The position numbers were made by a program, and so were the translations under genes. A DNA stretch of 64,000 bases, from the NCBI RefSeq assembly GCF_037392515.1, contig NC_090285.1, positions 70,653,515-70,717,514 of the forward strand. The letters run 5' to 3'. Shown here in pieces: positions 28,922 through 41,390 of this stretch (position 1 is its first letter; every line of letters starts with the position of its first letter). Below the pieces are notes generated by a model. It saw only the letters and a list, made by a program, of their open reading frames with translations, had not been told where the DNA came from and searched no databases. Origin of the DNA: Haliotis asinina. Its lineage: Eukaryota.

Positions 28922-31900
28922 TCTTTTCAGATATTATAAGAAGGTGGTTTGATGTTATCTGTTCAACAATACCCTGCTTTCAGTATGAGATCTATTGTAA
29001 AAACACTAGCTCTGTGTATATGTATATGTTTATGTTAAAACTTGTGTAGTATAAACGGGATGCAGCTCAGGAAGGGAGGCAGCTGACACGACTGAGGAAC
29101 CAAACACAATGGCAATGCATACACACTGTGGCGTCACACGTACTCTCCTGCACATTACATGACAATATTAGCATTTGTTCTCCATTAGCACGCTCGTTGC
29201 AGTTGCTTCAGACTGTGTAAAATATTTAGTTTTGATGTGGAAAAGTTTGATGTCAACAAAGCCGCTATTTAGCATTTGACATTTAGATGTACAACATGAA
29301 TTTTCAATCCTGAGTATGTGATTTTCTGGCATGGGATTGATGGTCTTCCAAACCTGTGATGTTATTTACACCTGCGTTATAATAATATTGCCCATTCATA
29401 TTGCTGCCGTACTAAACAACAACAACCTGTCTGTATCACATGTGTTTTTCACTGACAGTTGACTCACTGTAGACTATATGCAGGATGTGTAGTACAGTAC
29501 ACAAAGACGTCACAATTGTGCAGTTAATATTTACACAGTGAATAAGGTTAGGAGCTGTTCAGGTTTGATAGAAAACCATTATTCATACATAACCTGATGT
29601 TTTATCATAGACCAAGATCTGAAATACGAAAGGAACATATTTGCTGAATAGATCAGTTATCTCCCAACAATACAGTCAACCAAGAGTCATTTTTACTTTA
29701 AGAATGTGAAACTGCAGTTTTCTGGAGTTGCCAATTATTTTTATGTAACATGAACTGTATTGGAGAGGTTAGTTTCAGTTTCTGTATGGCAGACTGGGTT
29801 TGTCAGGAAATCGGAATGTTAATTGAAGTGTTCATGCAAAAATACGTATCCCTGCTACACCAAAGTTGAGGGGGATATGAAAACGATTCCCGGCTACTAG
29901 TAGCTGTGTGTCCCACTTTGTCCGAAACATATCTCCTGAACTTTAGCCAAACTTTTTACCCATGTCAACCATGATCGTTATGCCTTTGGGGGAGTTAGAC
30001 ACAGATATGGATAGGTATGAATTTTACTTTTTGTGGTTTCCATGGAAACGTGACTTAGGTTGTGGCTATGGGAATGTTATAATGTCCAGGACAGAACTTT
30101 GAAACTGTTCAGTATTTCTTCACCAAACTTAGCACATAGTTAGGTCTGATGGTATACTGGTGCCTTTTGATTCTCATGTTGTTGATCATTGGATTATCAG
30201 GTCCAGATTTTGTTACTTATAGACAGCTGGAATATTGCTGAGTGTTGCAGAAAACTAAACTCACTCACACACTGCTATGTACTTACCAGAACGTTTTACA
30301 TAGTTGTAACCTACTGACCTGTTCATGAAATGTATTTTGCCATTGTGTGGGATATGATGACTGTCTTCCTGTTGTTTTGGCATCATCAACATCTGATCTA
30401 TTCAAATATTCCCAATCTAGGGGCACAAACATTCATTTTGCATGTTTTATGATGAGAATATAAAATGAGAACGGTCACATTATGATGACTGTCTGAAGAT
30501 TGGGATCCCAGCCATGACAAAGCAGTTGATTTAGTTTGCTGTTGTTGTTACACATTCATTGATGTGTGGAAACATTTGCCATTGCATATGTTACTGTGGT
30601 TATTGCCTGGCAGGTCATGTGATCAACAGCAATATGTGTGTGGTAAAGTGTTGATGTAGTTTGATGGCAGGTAGGTAGTGGTGGGGTGCTGCAGACTAGG
30701 GTCGGTGTGGAAGTAGAAACACGTTGTTTGTTACAGGAAGTAGCTCTGTGACATTGGATCTGTGCAGTTGATGTACCTATGGGTTGATGTACAAGAAGGT
30801 TCGAATTCACAGCATAAGTTTTTAAGGACTAGAATAGAATTAACTGCCCATATTGAGCTTAAGTTGGATACCTAATATGCTGTGAAATTTAATGCCAACA
30901 CCCACAGTTTTAGAAACATTACTGTTCAATACAATGCATGGGTTGATATTGTAAGAAACTGTCATCTTGTGATTGATCTCTTTAGTGACTAGAAGATTCG
31001 TTTTCATGGTTCTGGTGGTCTTTGAAGTCTGTTCTTGGAATGTTCACTTCCACATAGCCTGCGAATAGTTCCTAGGTGACTTCAGGGTGAAGGGGCTACC
31101 AAGTGTGACTCAAATTGGACCACAGGCGGTGTTACTTACATTGACTGACTCATGTTCAAATGCCCCTTAAGATATTCTGTGGAGATTTGAAAGATTGTAA
31201 GATATTCTGGGAAGATTTATGAGATTTCTAGGTCAGTGTTTCTGTGTGGTGCCTCTGTGGTATAGTGGTTGAAGTGTCTATCCGGCATGGGGAAGGTCGC
31301 GGGTTCGATCCCCAGCTGCAGCCGCATCATACCAAAAGACATAAAAATATGGTACATGTTGGTCCCTGTCTGACGCTCAGCATTAATGGGTTCAGCAAGG
31401 ACTGGTGAGCTCCGAGTTAGTGTAATGTGTCTGAGTGGGGTATTTTTACTTGACTGCAACACAGTATTGCTAAGGTAGCAATATAAAACCAGCTTACATC
31501 TGGGCTAGTACAGGGAGCCACACTTACACACGAGTGAAATATACTTAAGTGCTCCTAGGACTGCGCAATATAATATAACTGGTTTACTGGCTCAGATATG
31601 AACATGATACCTGTTGTGATATGCTGATTGAAAACATGCATTTGGACAACTTCATAACACTCGGAAGTCTATGGATATTTCGTGTTTTTTCCACAGATGT
31701 CTTAAGCTGTGTTTTTAATTTTTGTTCAAGCGTTTCCAATCTGAAGGTTTTAAATATTTACTCATTAATGATCGGGTATCTCGGAATCATTGTGACCACG
31801 TCAAATTGCTGTCTAAAGTTTCAGGACTGTTGTTAAGAGTGGAGAAAGTAGTTCACAACAGTAACCAGTGTGTTGGTGTTAAATTGTTCTTACTTTTTTC

Positions 31901-32184
31901 ATTTCTGCCAGATATTATTCACATAATATTTTGTCACAATTCAAGGGTGTTTTTTTTTAAGCTTAATCAAGAATAGTGATTTTATTGTGTTTTTGTTTTA
32001 TAAATCAAGCATTGACTCGATTGTAGGTATTTTATTTGGTGGGAAAAAAGTTCTGCAATACATATTGCAAGACATCCATTTAGATTTTAGTTTGGAATTT
32101 TAGAGGAATCGTTCGGTGGCAGAAGTGTCATGGCGTGGGGTGCTAGTAAGATGGCCTTTCGCAGTGACCTTGTCGTCATTCATG

Positions 32185-32530
32185 TAGGACTAAAGGCTCC
32201 CCGATATGTGGAGGCCGATACATTCTGAGGCCTGTTCTCCTACTGCTCCTCCATGGACCCTGATGTCTCTTCCGTCCTTTCCAATGCCAGCATGACAATG
32301 CCAGACCACACAGCAAAACTCATGAGAGATTTTCTCCAACAATCTGGCATCAGCGTGATTGATTGGCCCTCTGTTTTGCCAGATCTTAACCCCATTGAGC
32401 ATCTGTGAGATGAGCTGAGATGTCATGTTTGACAACATCAACGACCACCAAACGTCATGGAATTGTCTGTGGTGTTACACCAGGAGTGGAAGCACATCAC
32501 TTAGAGCTTTATTTGTCACCTGTTTGAGTC
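32185..32530 (+). pseudogene. Tc1/mariner transposase fragment (C-terminal DDE region), frameshifted
   Basis: + strand translation gives QHDNARPH ... DWP.VLPDLNPIEHLWDEL (the Tc1 'DNA..H' second Asp and the 'SPDLNPIE..W' Glu region), with a stop/frameshift in between. Confidence 0.75.
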
Positions 32531-33923
32531 CATGCCTCACTGTCCATGAGTGTGAACATGCATATGGTGACCACACAATGTACTGACTGTTCTGTAATGT
32601 GTGTGTTGGGGGGAGGGTTTGTGTCTCTTACGGTTGCAGTGACACAAGTGACAGGATATTCCATAGTGAAGTGTCATTTCATGGACCGTTGATTTCTCCT
32701 TGGCCCTCTGATAAATTTGGTTCACATATATCCGGTATTTTCTTGTAATTTCAATTTGAACTTGGTGTTGCGCGTTTCCACCGGGTTTCAGTATTTATCG
32801 CAATATCCAAATTCTCTGCAATACCCAGCCCTAGGTGCTACATTAAACACCATTTCACCTCACCTCATCTGATGTGTGGACACAAAATAATCTCCAGTAG
32901 AACCGTCTAGTTTTAGTTAGTGTACTGAAAAGGTGACACAAACAAGACTTGACCTGAATGCAGCATCGTGGGGCTGGCTTCTGTGTTGACATCTTCTTCC
33001 CATGTCTGTCTCCTTGTCACGTCTCCGCGTCGCGTCTCCGCGTCACGTCAGTTTGAACAATCATGTATGTCTCCTACCTCCACACAGGACTGAAAGCTGA
33101 TGAAGGGAGGGGTGGGTAGGCGTTGTGGGAGATAACACTCATTCTTTTCTGGTTGCAATACCTTGCCAAGACTTGGATCTGACGGTCGGTCTGTTGTTGA
33201 GTGATGACAGGTTTAAAGACGAGATGAACATGAAAGATTGCTTGTAAATAGTGGTATGACTAGATGATTTTGGTATTAGAGAGTGGAATCCATTATTCTT
33301 TAGTGTGGTGCATAGGTTTACTGTTTGTGCCCAAAGTGATTGGGAGTTTAGGGTATGAGTGCCACTTATGTGAAAAAAATATGTTTGAAATAGGAATTTT
33401 TGCCATTGTAGAACGTGGAAGTTGATATGTTTTCCGGTTTGTATGACTACATACTGGATTGGAAGGTTCAGGATCAGGTTCCAGAGTATAACTCTAAGTC
33501 TGTTAGTGTTCCTCATCAAAGTTTGTATGTGCAGTTTATATGTTTGTTTGGTAGATAACAGTTTAGCCATTACATGTGCCATTTTCTGTTTAGGAAATAT
33601 TTGTATTGTAGGTTTTTGTTTATCAATGCATGATGATGAATTCCAACCATGATACACACAACAAATCACTCAAGTGATGACTCAGTATCTTTTTGATTTT
33701 GTAAGTCTTGTGTTTTTGTGTAATTCCATGAAAAACAAATGAAGAAGCTCTTTGTATCCAGTGATGACCACTGCTTGATAGTGATATGTATGGATAAAAA
33801 ATATACTTGATAATGTAGGACAATTTAGAAAACGTAGCAGATACGAACCACAGCAAAGGTATACATTCTTAAAATCATTTGCAGACTTATTTGTGTGTAT
33901 TGTGCTATATTTTATTGACCTCT

Positions 33924-34511
33924 TTACACAAGTGCAGCTATTTTGTGGTGCATATATTCTATCATGCAGAAATTTAATAAGGTCACGTGATTTGCTTCCA
34001 GCCAGGTCAAGGTGTGAATTGATTTGTGGATCATTGCATTATCTTGTTGAAGTTGGAATGGGATTCCACTTTGACCTATGTGGGAATCTAGTACGCCTTG
34101 CTGTAAAATATCACAGTATTTGCGAGAATCAAATCTGCCCTCCATCTTCATCAGAGGCGTCACACCGAGTTTACTGATGCCACCCCACACCATGACACTT
34201 GGAGAATAATTTGGTACCATTTTCAAGCACTTTCCTCCCTTAGACCACCTCTTCCTCGTTATTCTGTAAAACTGAAATTCATTCTCGTCTGTGAAAATCG
34301 CATTGGAAAATTCCTGGCAGCCATACTTTCTACACCATTCAAGTCGTTTAGCCTTATGGTGATCTGTCATCAAGGGGACTTTTTTCGGTACCTGTTTAGC
34401 ATATCCAGAGTGTTTTAATGAGCGTTGAATTGTCCGTTCTGATACGTCAGGGCCGCCTTGACTTGATGCTTTGACAGCAATCTGTTTGGCAGACCAGTTC
34501 GGATGCAGCAC
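33924..34511 (-). pseudogene. Tc1/mariner transposase fragment (HTH plus first two thirds of the DDE domain, C-terminally truncated)
   Basis: ORF contains FTDENEF (first D), SVMVWGGIS and QQDNAMIH (second D). The downstream Glu region is absent. Confidence 0.75.
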
Positions 34512-35420
34512 AGCGAGGCGCGCAACCCTCCTCCTGTCATTAGGCCCCAGGCTCGAGCTACATCCTGATCAAGGTTTACGTCGTACGCCAACTCCTGCTT
34601 CGATTCTTTTCAAAATTCTGTAAACTGATGCCCTACTAAGGCCTGACAACTTCACAGGTTTCTTCACTGATCACACGCTGGATTTATACAATGCCTGAAG
34701 TCTACTTCTTTGAGTCGTATTTACCATTTCGTCCATTCTGTCATCTGCTAACAACAAGGTCACGTGACCAAACCGAAAGTGCATGTAAGGGATATAAGCA
34801 CTTGACAACATGGGAAGACAACTCCAATAGCCTATATTAGTGTTTGGCAATCTATTCGCATATATTATCAATTTTCATATATGTAACGTGTGTCTCATTT
34901 TTTCTGCTCGATGCTATGTAAAATGAAACTAGATTACTGGTAGAGAGTATGAACTCCTGATGTTGAAAAATGATCTGGAGCCGTGCCACTGATGTTCTGC
35001 CAGTTATCATCTCTAGCGCTAGTCTGCAATGTGAAAGATATGAAAGATATGATGAAGACAGGCATGGGTACTGTCTTTATGTGTTGGGTTACCATGGTTA
35101 CAATAAGCTGACATGAATAATGTGATTTGTGTGTGTTGTGTTGAGTTTACTGTTGCTGTGTTCCAGGTATACATCCCCGACATGGGTTGGTGTGGACGGA
35201 TGGGAAGGTCATCTACCTAGCTCCTGTCAGGCTGTATGGCAACAACATCGACAACGCCAAGTCAGTCAAGCTTGGAGAATTTGAGTATGTGTTTTGAAGA
35301 AATGATACTTTGAACTGTGAAATTATAGCAAACACAATCATGTTGACTGATCTTTGGTGTGAAGACATGTGTCATACTAATTATGTTGGTTTCTAACACC
35401 AGACATCCTAGACCTCTTAT

Positions 35421-35620
35421 GGACATGACTGTGTAGGCATGTGAATATGTGGATGTGACTTTGTAGACATGTGACTTTATATACAAGTAATCTTGTAGAC
35501 ATGTGACTTTATAGACATGTAACTTTGTAGACATGTGACTTTGTAGACATGTGACTTTGTAGACATGTGACTTTGTAGACATGTGACTTTATAGACATGT
35601 AACTTTGTAGACATGTGACC
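35421..35620. repeat. Tandem repeat, ~17 bp unit (tagacatgtgactttg), ~11 copies
   Basis: Directly visible. Confidence 0.85.
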
Positions 35621-36718
35621 TTGCTTGTTGAGAAATACAGATGGGGTGTGTGTTCATTCAAGCTCACTCAGGGAAGATGTGTTGTTATGCTCAAGTGCAC
35701 CCTTTCTCTTCGTCAGCTGTTAATATACTTACTGAAACCTATATATCTGGTCGGTCTTGTGATCAGTGAAGCGTCCACCGACCGTGACAGCTGCTGTACT
35801 AGTGTCTTAGCTCCGTTGTGTGTACCCAACATGCCAAGTGTTGTACTGAGACTGTATATCCCGAGTGTCATGCTGATACATGAATCATGTACGGCTTGGG
35901 TAACGGCAGTCTTCGGATGTTCAGTCACTGTTGACATTTCATTCAGTCATCACGGCACAAATGCCTGTGATGTTTATTGGAACTTTTAAGACATTGTTTG
36001 AACTTTCTCCAGTATAAATACTTTTTTTTACGATGATCTTTTATCTATTACTGTGATAACCATACGTGAATGACTTCCTTCATGGACATAGACCTAATGT
36101 ATGTGGACAGAAGAGGTAGACATGTTTGTCTGGTGTCAACATGAAGTGTATCCTGTGGGACATTCAGGTATTTCCTATCAGTTGAGACATTGACAACTGA
36201 TCACAGCATGGGACTAGGGTTAACTGCTAGCACAATTCATTGCAGAAAGTTTGCAGAAAAAAGGCAAATATTGAACAGAGAGAAAGGTCAACCATTTTGT
36301 TCTAGGATGAAGAAATACAGTTCCCTTTACTACTGTGTATAGTGTAATAAAGCACACTTTCACCTTGAATTATGATAGCTGAAGCAAGAGGATGCCATCG
36401 CCTTGTGACGTGATTATTGTCTGATAAAGTGCTGTCTGCGCTTATAATCTTTCACTGAAGCATCTTAGAATTGTATATAAAGTGATGTCCCTCTCGTTCA
36501 TTGTGACCAGGTCTGACTGATGTGACCAGGAAACTGTATTTGGCAAACACTAAGTCATCATTTCTCTTTTCACAAGTTTGGATATGCTGTGACTGTCAAG
36601 TATTAAGGGAGACAATTAATGCCCCGGCATCTAGTGTCAAGGTCTAGACATGGCAGTGTGGTCATTGTTTGGACAACAAATATGATACTAGTGACTGACA
36701 AGTGGTTATCATTCTGTT

Positions 36719-36988
36719 GGGTGGTGAGGTAGCCCAATGGTTAAAGTGTATACTTGTCTTGCAACATATGTCATGTTTGGGATTTCACGTTCTTAGTAAC
36801 GAATATGACATATGTTGCATTTGACCACTTTCTAAATGGCATAGTGTAATCATATACTTGTCTTGTTGAAGACCTGGGTTCGATTACCCAAATAGTTACA
36901 ATGTGTGCATGCCATTTCTGGTGCCCTCCATTGTAATATTGTTGAAATATTGCTGGAAGCTTTTTAAAATCATACTCACTCACTGACT
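36719..36988 (+). repeat. tRNA-derived SINE copy carrying a nested ~115-bp insert. The insert contains a 58-bp perfect-stem palindrome (gcaacatatgtcat...atgacatatgttgc).
   Basis: Head ggtgaggtagcccaatggttaaagtg ... cctgggttcgattaccc and tail catactcactcactga match the other SINE copies. The insert is flanked by a duplicated tatacttgtcttg. Confidence 0.5.
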
Positions 36989-37586
36989 GTTGGATATTGT
37001 TATGTGTTAGTGGTTGACAAGTGTTTATCATTCTGTTGAGTATGAGAACACATAGAACACACCTCCATGAATGAACAACCCTCCACCCCACTCTGACGTA
37101 AGATAACTAAGGAGGTACATGTAGCCCAGTGGTGTATGTTCCTGCTACACTGTGTAGAGTTGTCACATGATAATGATCAGGTGTTATACCCTGTTAGTGA
37201 GACAACCTATTAATGAGACACCCAATTGTAAGGTAGTTGAGTAGGGTGATTAAACAAACATAGCCACATCTTTACAATGGACACAGCCCGTCATGAGTGG
37301 TTAATTAAGGAGAGTAGACCAATAATTCTGTTTTGAAGATTCTCAGGGAGTATGGAGTTAAGAAACTGTAAAATACTAGTAGGGATAGTCTACTCAAACA
37401 TTGCTGAACATGCATGTTTTCTTAATTGTTACTTAGTACACATATAAATTCACCCTAGTTTGTGAACATCTCACAGTCATGGCTGGTTTGCACCAAGTCA
37501 AGTATATTACAAGTCAGAGAGGTACTTTCCAGGTCCTGCTCTATCAGGGATATCTTCACTACAAGAACAAAGTCTAACAGACTTGT

Positions 37587-38471
37587 ATGCACTGGCAATG
37601 TGTCGTGAAGACCTGCAATAACAAATGCACAACAGTTGGAAAATGTGTCAGAAAGTTCACTGAACACAACCATCCAGGAGAAGATACTGGAAGAGTGCAG
37701 TTCCTTGGCAGCTTGAGAAAGAGAGCAAGAGAAAAACCAACCACTCCAATGTCAGCCCTACACGATCCTGAGGCCACAGCTGCATTCCTGTCATTTAACT
37801 GTGTTGGCAGTGTCACGTACAGACATCGTAGTCACAACATTCAAAAACTCCCAGAAACAAGAGCTGAAGTTCACATCACAGCACAATGGAGAGGGGTTCA
37901 TGATGGTGACAGGTTTTTGCTGTTTGAAGATGGCAGGTTTTTGCTGTTTGAAGATGGCAAAGAAGACACGATGGTCATATTTTCCACTGACGAACAACTC
38001 AGAGTCCTCCAGTCAACCTCCACTGTGTACATGGATGGCACTTTCTCCGCATGTCCTAATCTCTGGAATCAGCTTTATATCCTTCATGCACGGAAAGGGA
38101 GCATTACCTATCTTCTTGTCTATGCCTTGCTTCCTGATTGCTGGACTACAACGTACCAACGCCTTTTTGTCCAGTTGAAGGTCCAACAATTGTTGAACTG
38201 TGGGATTGAGTCCATGAACCAGTCACCCAATGTGCCGAGTGCTGACGACTTCAACAAATACATAGTCACAAATTGGGTAGATTTTTATGCCAGAGTCCCT
38301 CTTTTGCTGTGGAACCATCACCAGACATCAGGCCCAAGAACAAACAACAACTTGGTGGGTTTCCACAATTGCCTTAATGCTTCCCTGAGCGACTCAAGGA
38401 TCAGCTTTCCCAGGGTGTCAAGACTCCACTCCAGTTCTTGGATGCCGCTGGCACTTATGAAGATGGGCTAA
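37587..38471 (+). CDS. MULE (Mutator-like) transposase-related ORF with an N-terminal FLYWCH-type zinc finger, 294 aa. Probably truncated.
   Basis: FLYWCH-like W-x-C-x5-C-x2-K-C ... H-N-H (MHWQCVVKTCNNKC...TEHNHP). VYMDGTFSACP resembles the start of the MULE transposase domain. Not checked against a database. Confidence 0.4.
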   Translation: MHWQCVVKTCNNKCTTVGKCVRKFTEHNHPGEDTGRVQFLGSLRKRAREKPTTPMSALHDPEATAAFLSFNCVGSVTYRHRSHNIQKLPETRAEVHITAQWRGVHDGDRFLLFEDGRFLLFEDGKEDTMVIFSTDEQLRVLQSTSTVYMDGTFSACPNLWNQLYILHARKGSITYLLVYALLPDCWTTTYQRLFVQLKVQQLLNCGIESMNQSPNVPSADDFNKYIVTNWVDFYARVPLLLWNHHQTSGPRTNNNLVGFHNCLNASLSDSRISFPRVSRLHSSSWMPLALMKMG

Positions 38472-40767
38472 AGTCTGCTTCTGTGTGATATGGACTGAAT
38501 TATGAACTGTAACTGAATATGTGTCAGTTCATTATCAATTATTATTGTAAAGGACTGGTCAAATATATTTGAGTCCTTGTTCTATTTCCTTTCTTCTGGA
38601 TGGGTTCATAGTAAGACAAGCCCATTTTCAGGAGAGGGGTTAATTACTTCTTTAATGAGTGCACTCAGCTGTGACATTGTTGTTTTAAAGTGTCTTGCTA
38701 ATGTGATGTCTTGCTAATGGGAGGACACCTGATCAGGTGTTCAAATCCCAGTTGAACTTGTGTGTTTCAAGGTCAGCATCATACACTCACAATGCTTGGA
38801 TTATAGATGGTGCGTTCAAGAGGTAGACAATGTTTTCAAACATGGCTGTTGTGTGGATAAGTCTTTATTGTGGATACAAGTTCATATGCTTTGTGACACG
38901 TCAGACGTTTCTGTTATATTTCATGTGGAGTAGGGATATGATAAAATAATGTTTATTTCCTTCCTGGTGTACATGTACCCATACTCATACAAAGAACAAT
39001 TTCTATATGTCTCCTTGACCACCCAGGCTGTCAAGAACACCTTCTGTTAGTTCCCCTTACTCACCTGTGGCAGTTTTTGGCAAGTTGGTCATGGATTTAC
39101 CAGGTTGCCTGATCTGCTTTGACAGGCAATTAGAGGCTGTCATTGTGTGGCCTGCTTGAGCCAGATGAGGATCAAGCTGCCCTGTGTTAACCTTGCCTTA
39201 AAAAGTGAACAATCAATATTCAATTTGTCTGCAGGCCTATGTTTCATCTGTCTGCCAGGTCACAGAGAGCTGCTGTGTCTACATTAAACAAAACTATTTG
39301 CCTATTGCATGGTAAATCTTTGGACAAACTCATTCAAGTTTACTAGCTAAAATATTTGCAAGTTGAGGTAAGCGTGCTACCGTGATCTAAGTTTATGAGA
39401 AAGTAATGAGATTGTAACAGAATGTGTTGTGGCATATTTGCTGAAATGACAGGCTTACCATGACTTCCACAGACTGCATGATGATGGAGGGACTCTCTGG
39501 AGGGCTCACAGTTGGCTGTTCGCCTGCGCAACCTGTGAAGCATGCAGGTCTGTTTAGATGTGCTACAAATGAAATTCTTTGAGTTAATGACAGAAGGTTT
39601 CAGGGGAAGTTTACTACATGTGAAAACTTCACCATGTCTATCATTATTCAGCCAGCCAGTCATCTTTTCTAAACAGGAGCATTAACATAAACATCAACAT
39701 TGACACTGATAAACCCTTTCCCAAGACCATCAGTACAGTATTGTTTTCACACCACAGTAACAAAAATATTTAACAGCATTCCTGCCATGTGAAAGGAGCC
39801 TGCAGATGTTCAGGTTTGGATGAGATGAAGCAGTGGTCAGTGTTATTAGTGATGGTGCTTTGATTATTTGAAATAATGAAAGATTAGTCACAATGACATC
39901 ATTAAACTAAAACAATTTTGGGACACGTATTTGCATTAATAATCCTTTTCACAAAGTTGTTTGTGTCTATTACATTTCATAAGCGCTACCAGCTTAGTGA
40001 AGATTAACTTGTCTTAAAGACTCCAGGAAATTTGTTCCAAACATTCTATCACCCTTTAAAGATGTGATATTTGCAAACACACCGAAGAACTACATGTTTT
40101 TTTATATCATTTTTCATATATTAACAAACAACCAGGAAAATTAGATGAATGATGCTGACCAGTTATGTCCGATGATTGAGTGGTTGTAATGAACCAATCA
40201 TCAAATATGAGACTTTACCAATTCACAACACTAGCTCCGTGCAGCATCTCAGTGAACACAGATGCAAGGTCATCAGTGCACGTGCAAGGTCATCAGTGCA
40301 TGCATGCAACTTGTCGGTGTAGAAATGACACTGATTTCATATAACATGCATGTCAAAAGTAAACTTGTGTATCTACTAGAAGTAAGTATAAAGTAGTGAT
40401 AAAAAAGAAAGTATTTTACACATCAAAATACATATTCATTTCATGCAAGTATTCATTTGACCCAATAACAGTGTGTATTGTATACGAAAGGTACATTGCA
40501 TCCTGGCTCTGATATGGAGGTTTCCACACCTGTCTGACAACACACATCTGTGCAATTATATCAAGGTGTTACACAAACATGCAGTGACATGTAGCTGCAC
40601 CATTATGTACAGGCATGTACCTGTTAGTGCACAGGATCAACCTCTATATACATAAAACAAACTTTGTTGACTTGCTGGGCATGTAGCCATGGCAACTATG
40701 GTTGTAGTAGTGAGAGCACACAGAAACACTTGACATCATCAGCCAGCAGTATCCAGCACAAGTGTAG

Positions 40768-41390
40768 CAGCTTGTCTGTTAAAGGTCTGTGTACAGCTGC
40801 ATCAAGGCTGCTTGTCTGTGGTCTATGTACATCTGTATCTTGGCAGCTTGTCTGATCTATGTACAGCTGTATTGTGGCAGCTTGTCTGTGATCTATGTAC
40901 AGCTGCATCAAGGCAGCTTGTCTGTGATCTATGTACAGCTGTATCTTGGCAGCTTGTCTGTGATCTATGTACAGCTGCATCAAGGCAGCTTGTCTGTGAT
41001 CTATGTACAACTGCATCAAAGCAGCTTGTCTGTGATCTATGTACAGCTGTATCTTGGCAGCTTGTCTGTGATCTATGTACAGCTGCATTAAGGCAGCTTG
41101 TCTGTGATCTATGTACAGCTGCATCAAGGCAGCTTGTCTGTGATCTATGTACAACTGCATCAAAGCAGCTTGTCTGTGATCTATTTACAGCTGCATTAAG
41201 GCAGCTTGTCTGTGATCTATGTACAGCTGCATTAAGGCAGCTTGTCTGTGATCTGTGTACAGCTGTATCTTGGCAGCTTGTCTGATCTGTGTATAGCTGT
41301 ATCTTGGCAGCTTGTCTGTGATCTGTATGTACAGTTGTATCTTGGCAACATGTCTGTGATCAATGTACAGCTGTATCTTGACATCTTGTT
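40768..41390. repeat. 36-bp tandem repeat (gcagcttgtctgtgatctatgtacagctgcatcaag), ~17 copies
   Basis: Directly visible. The three overlapping ORFs called here are repeat translations. Confidence 0.9.

Noticed and set aside
31250-31330. tRNA-like sequence (tggtatagtggttgaag ... gggttcgatcccc)
   Set aside because: It has D-loop and T-loop boxes, but no acceptor-stem complementarity or consistent anticodon arm could be drawn. Most likely the tRNA-derived head of a SINE or pseudo-tRNA, not a functional tRNA gene.
33139-33669. ORF 33139..33669(-) 176 aa and neighbours
   Set aside because: AT-rich, low-complexity translation with no motifs, lying between the two Tc1 relics. Likely intergenic.
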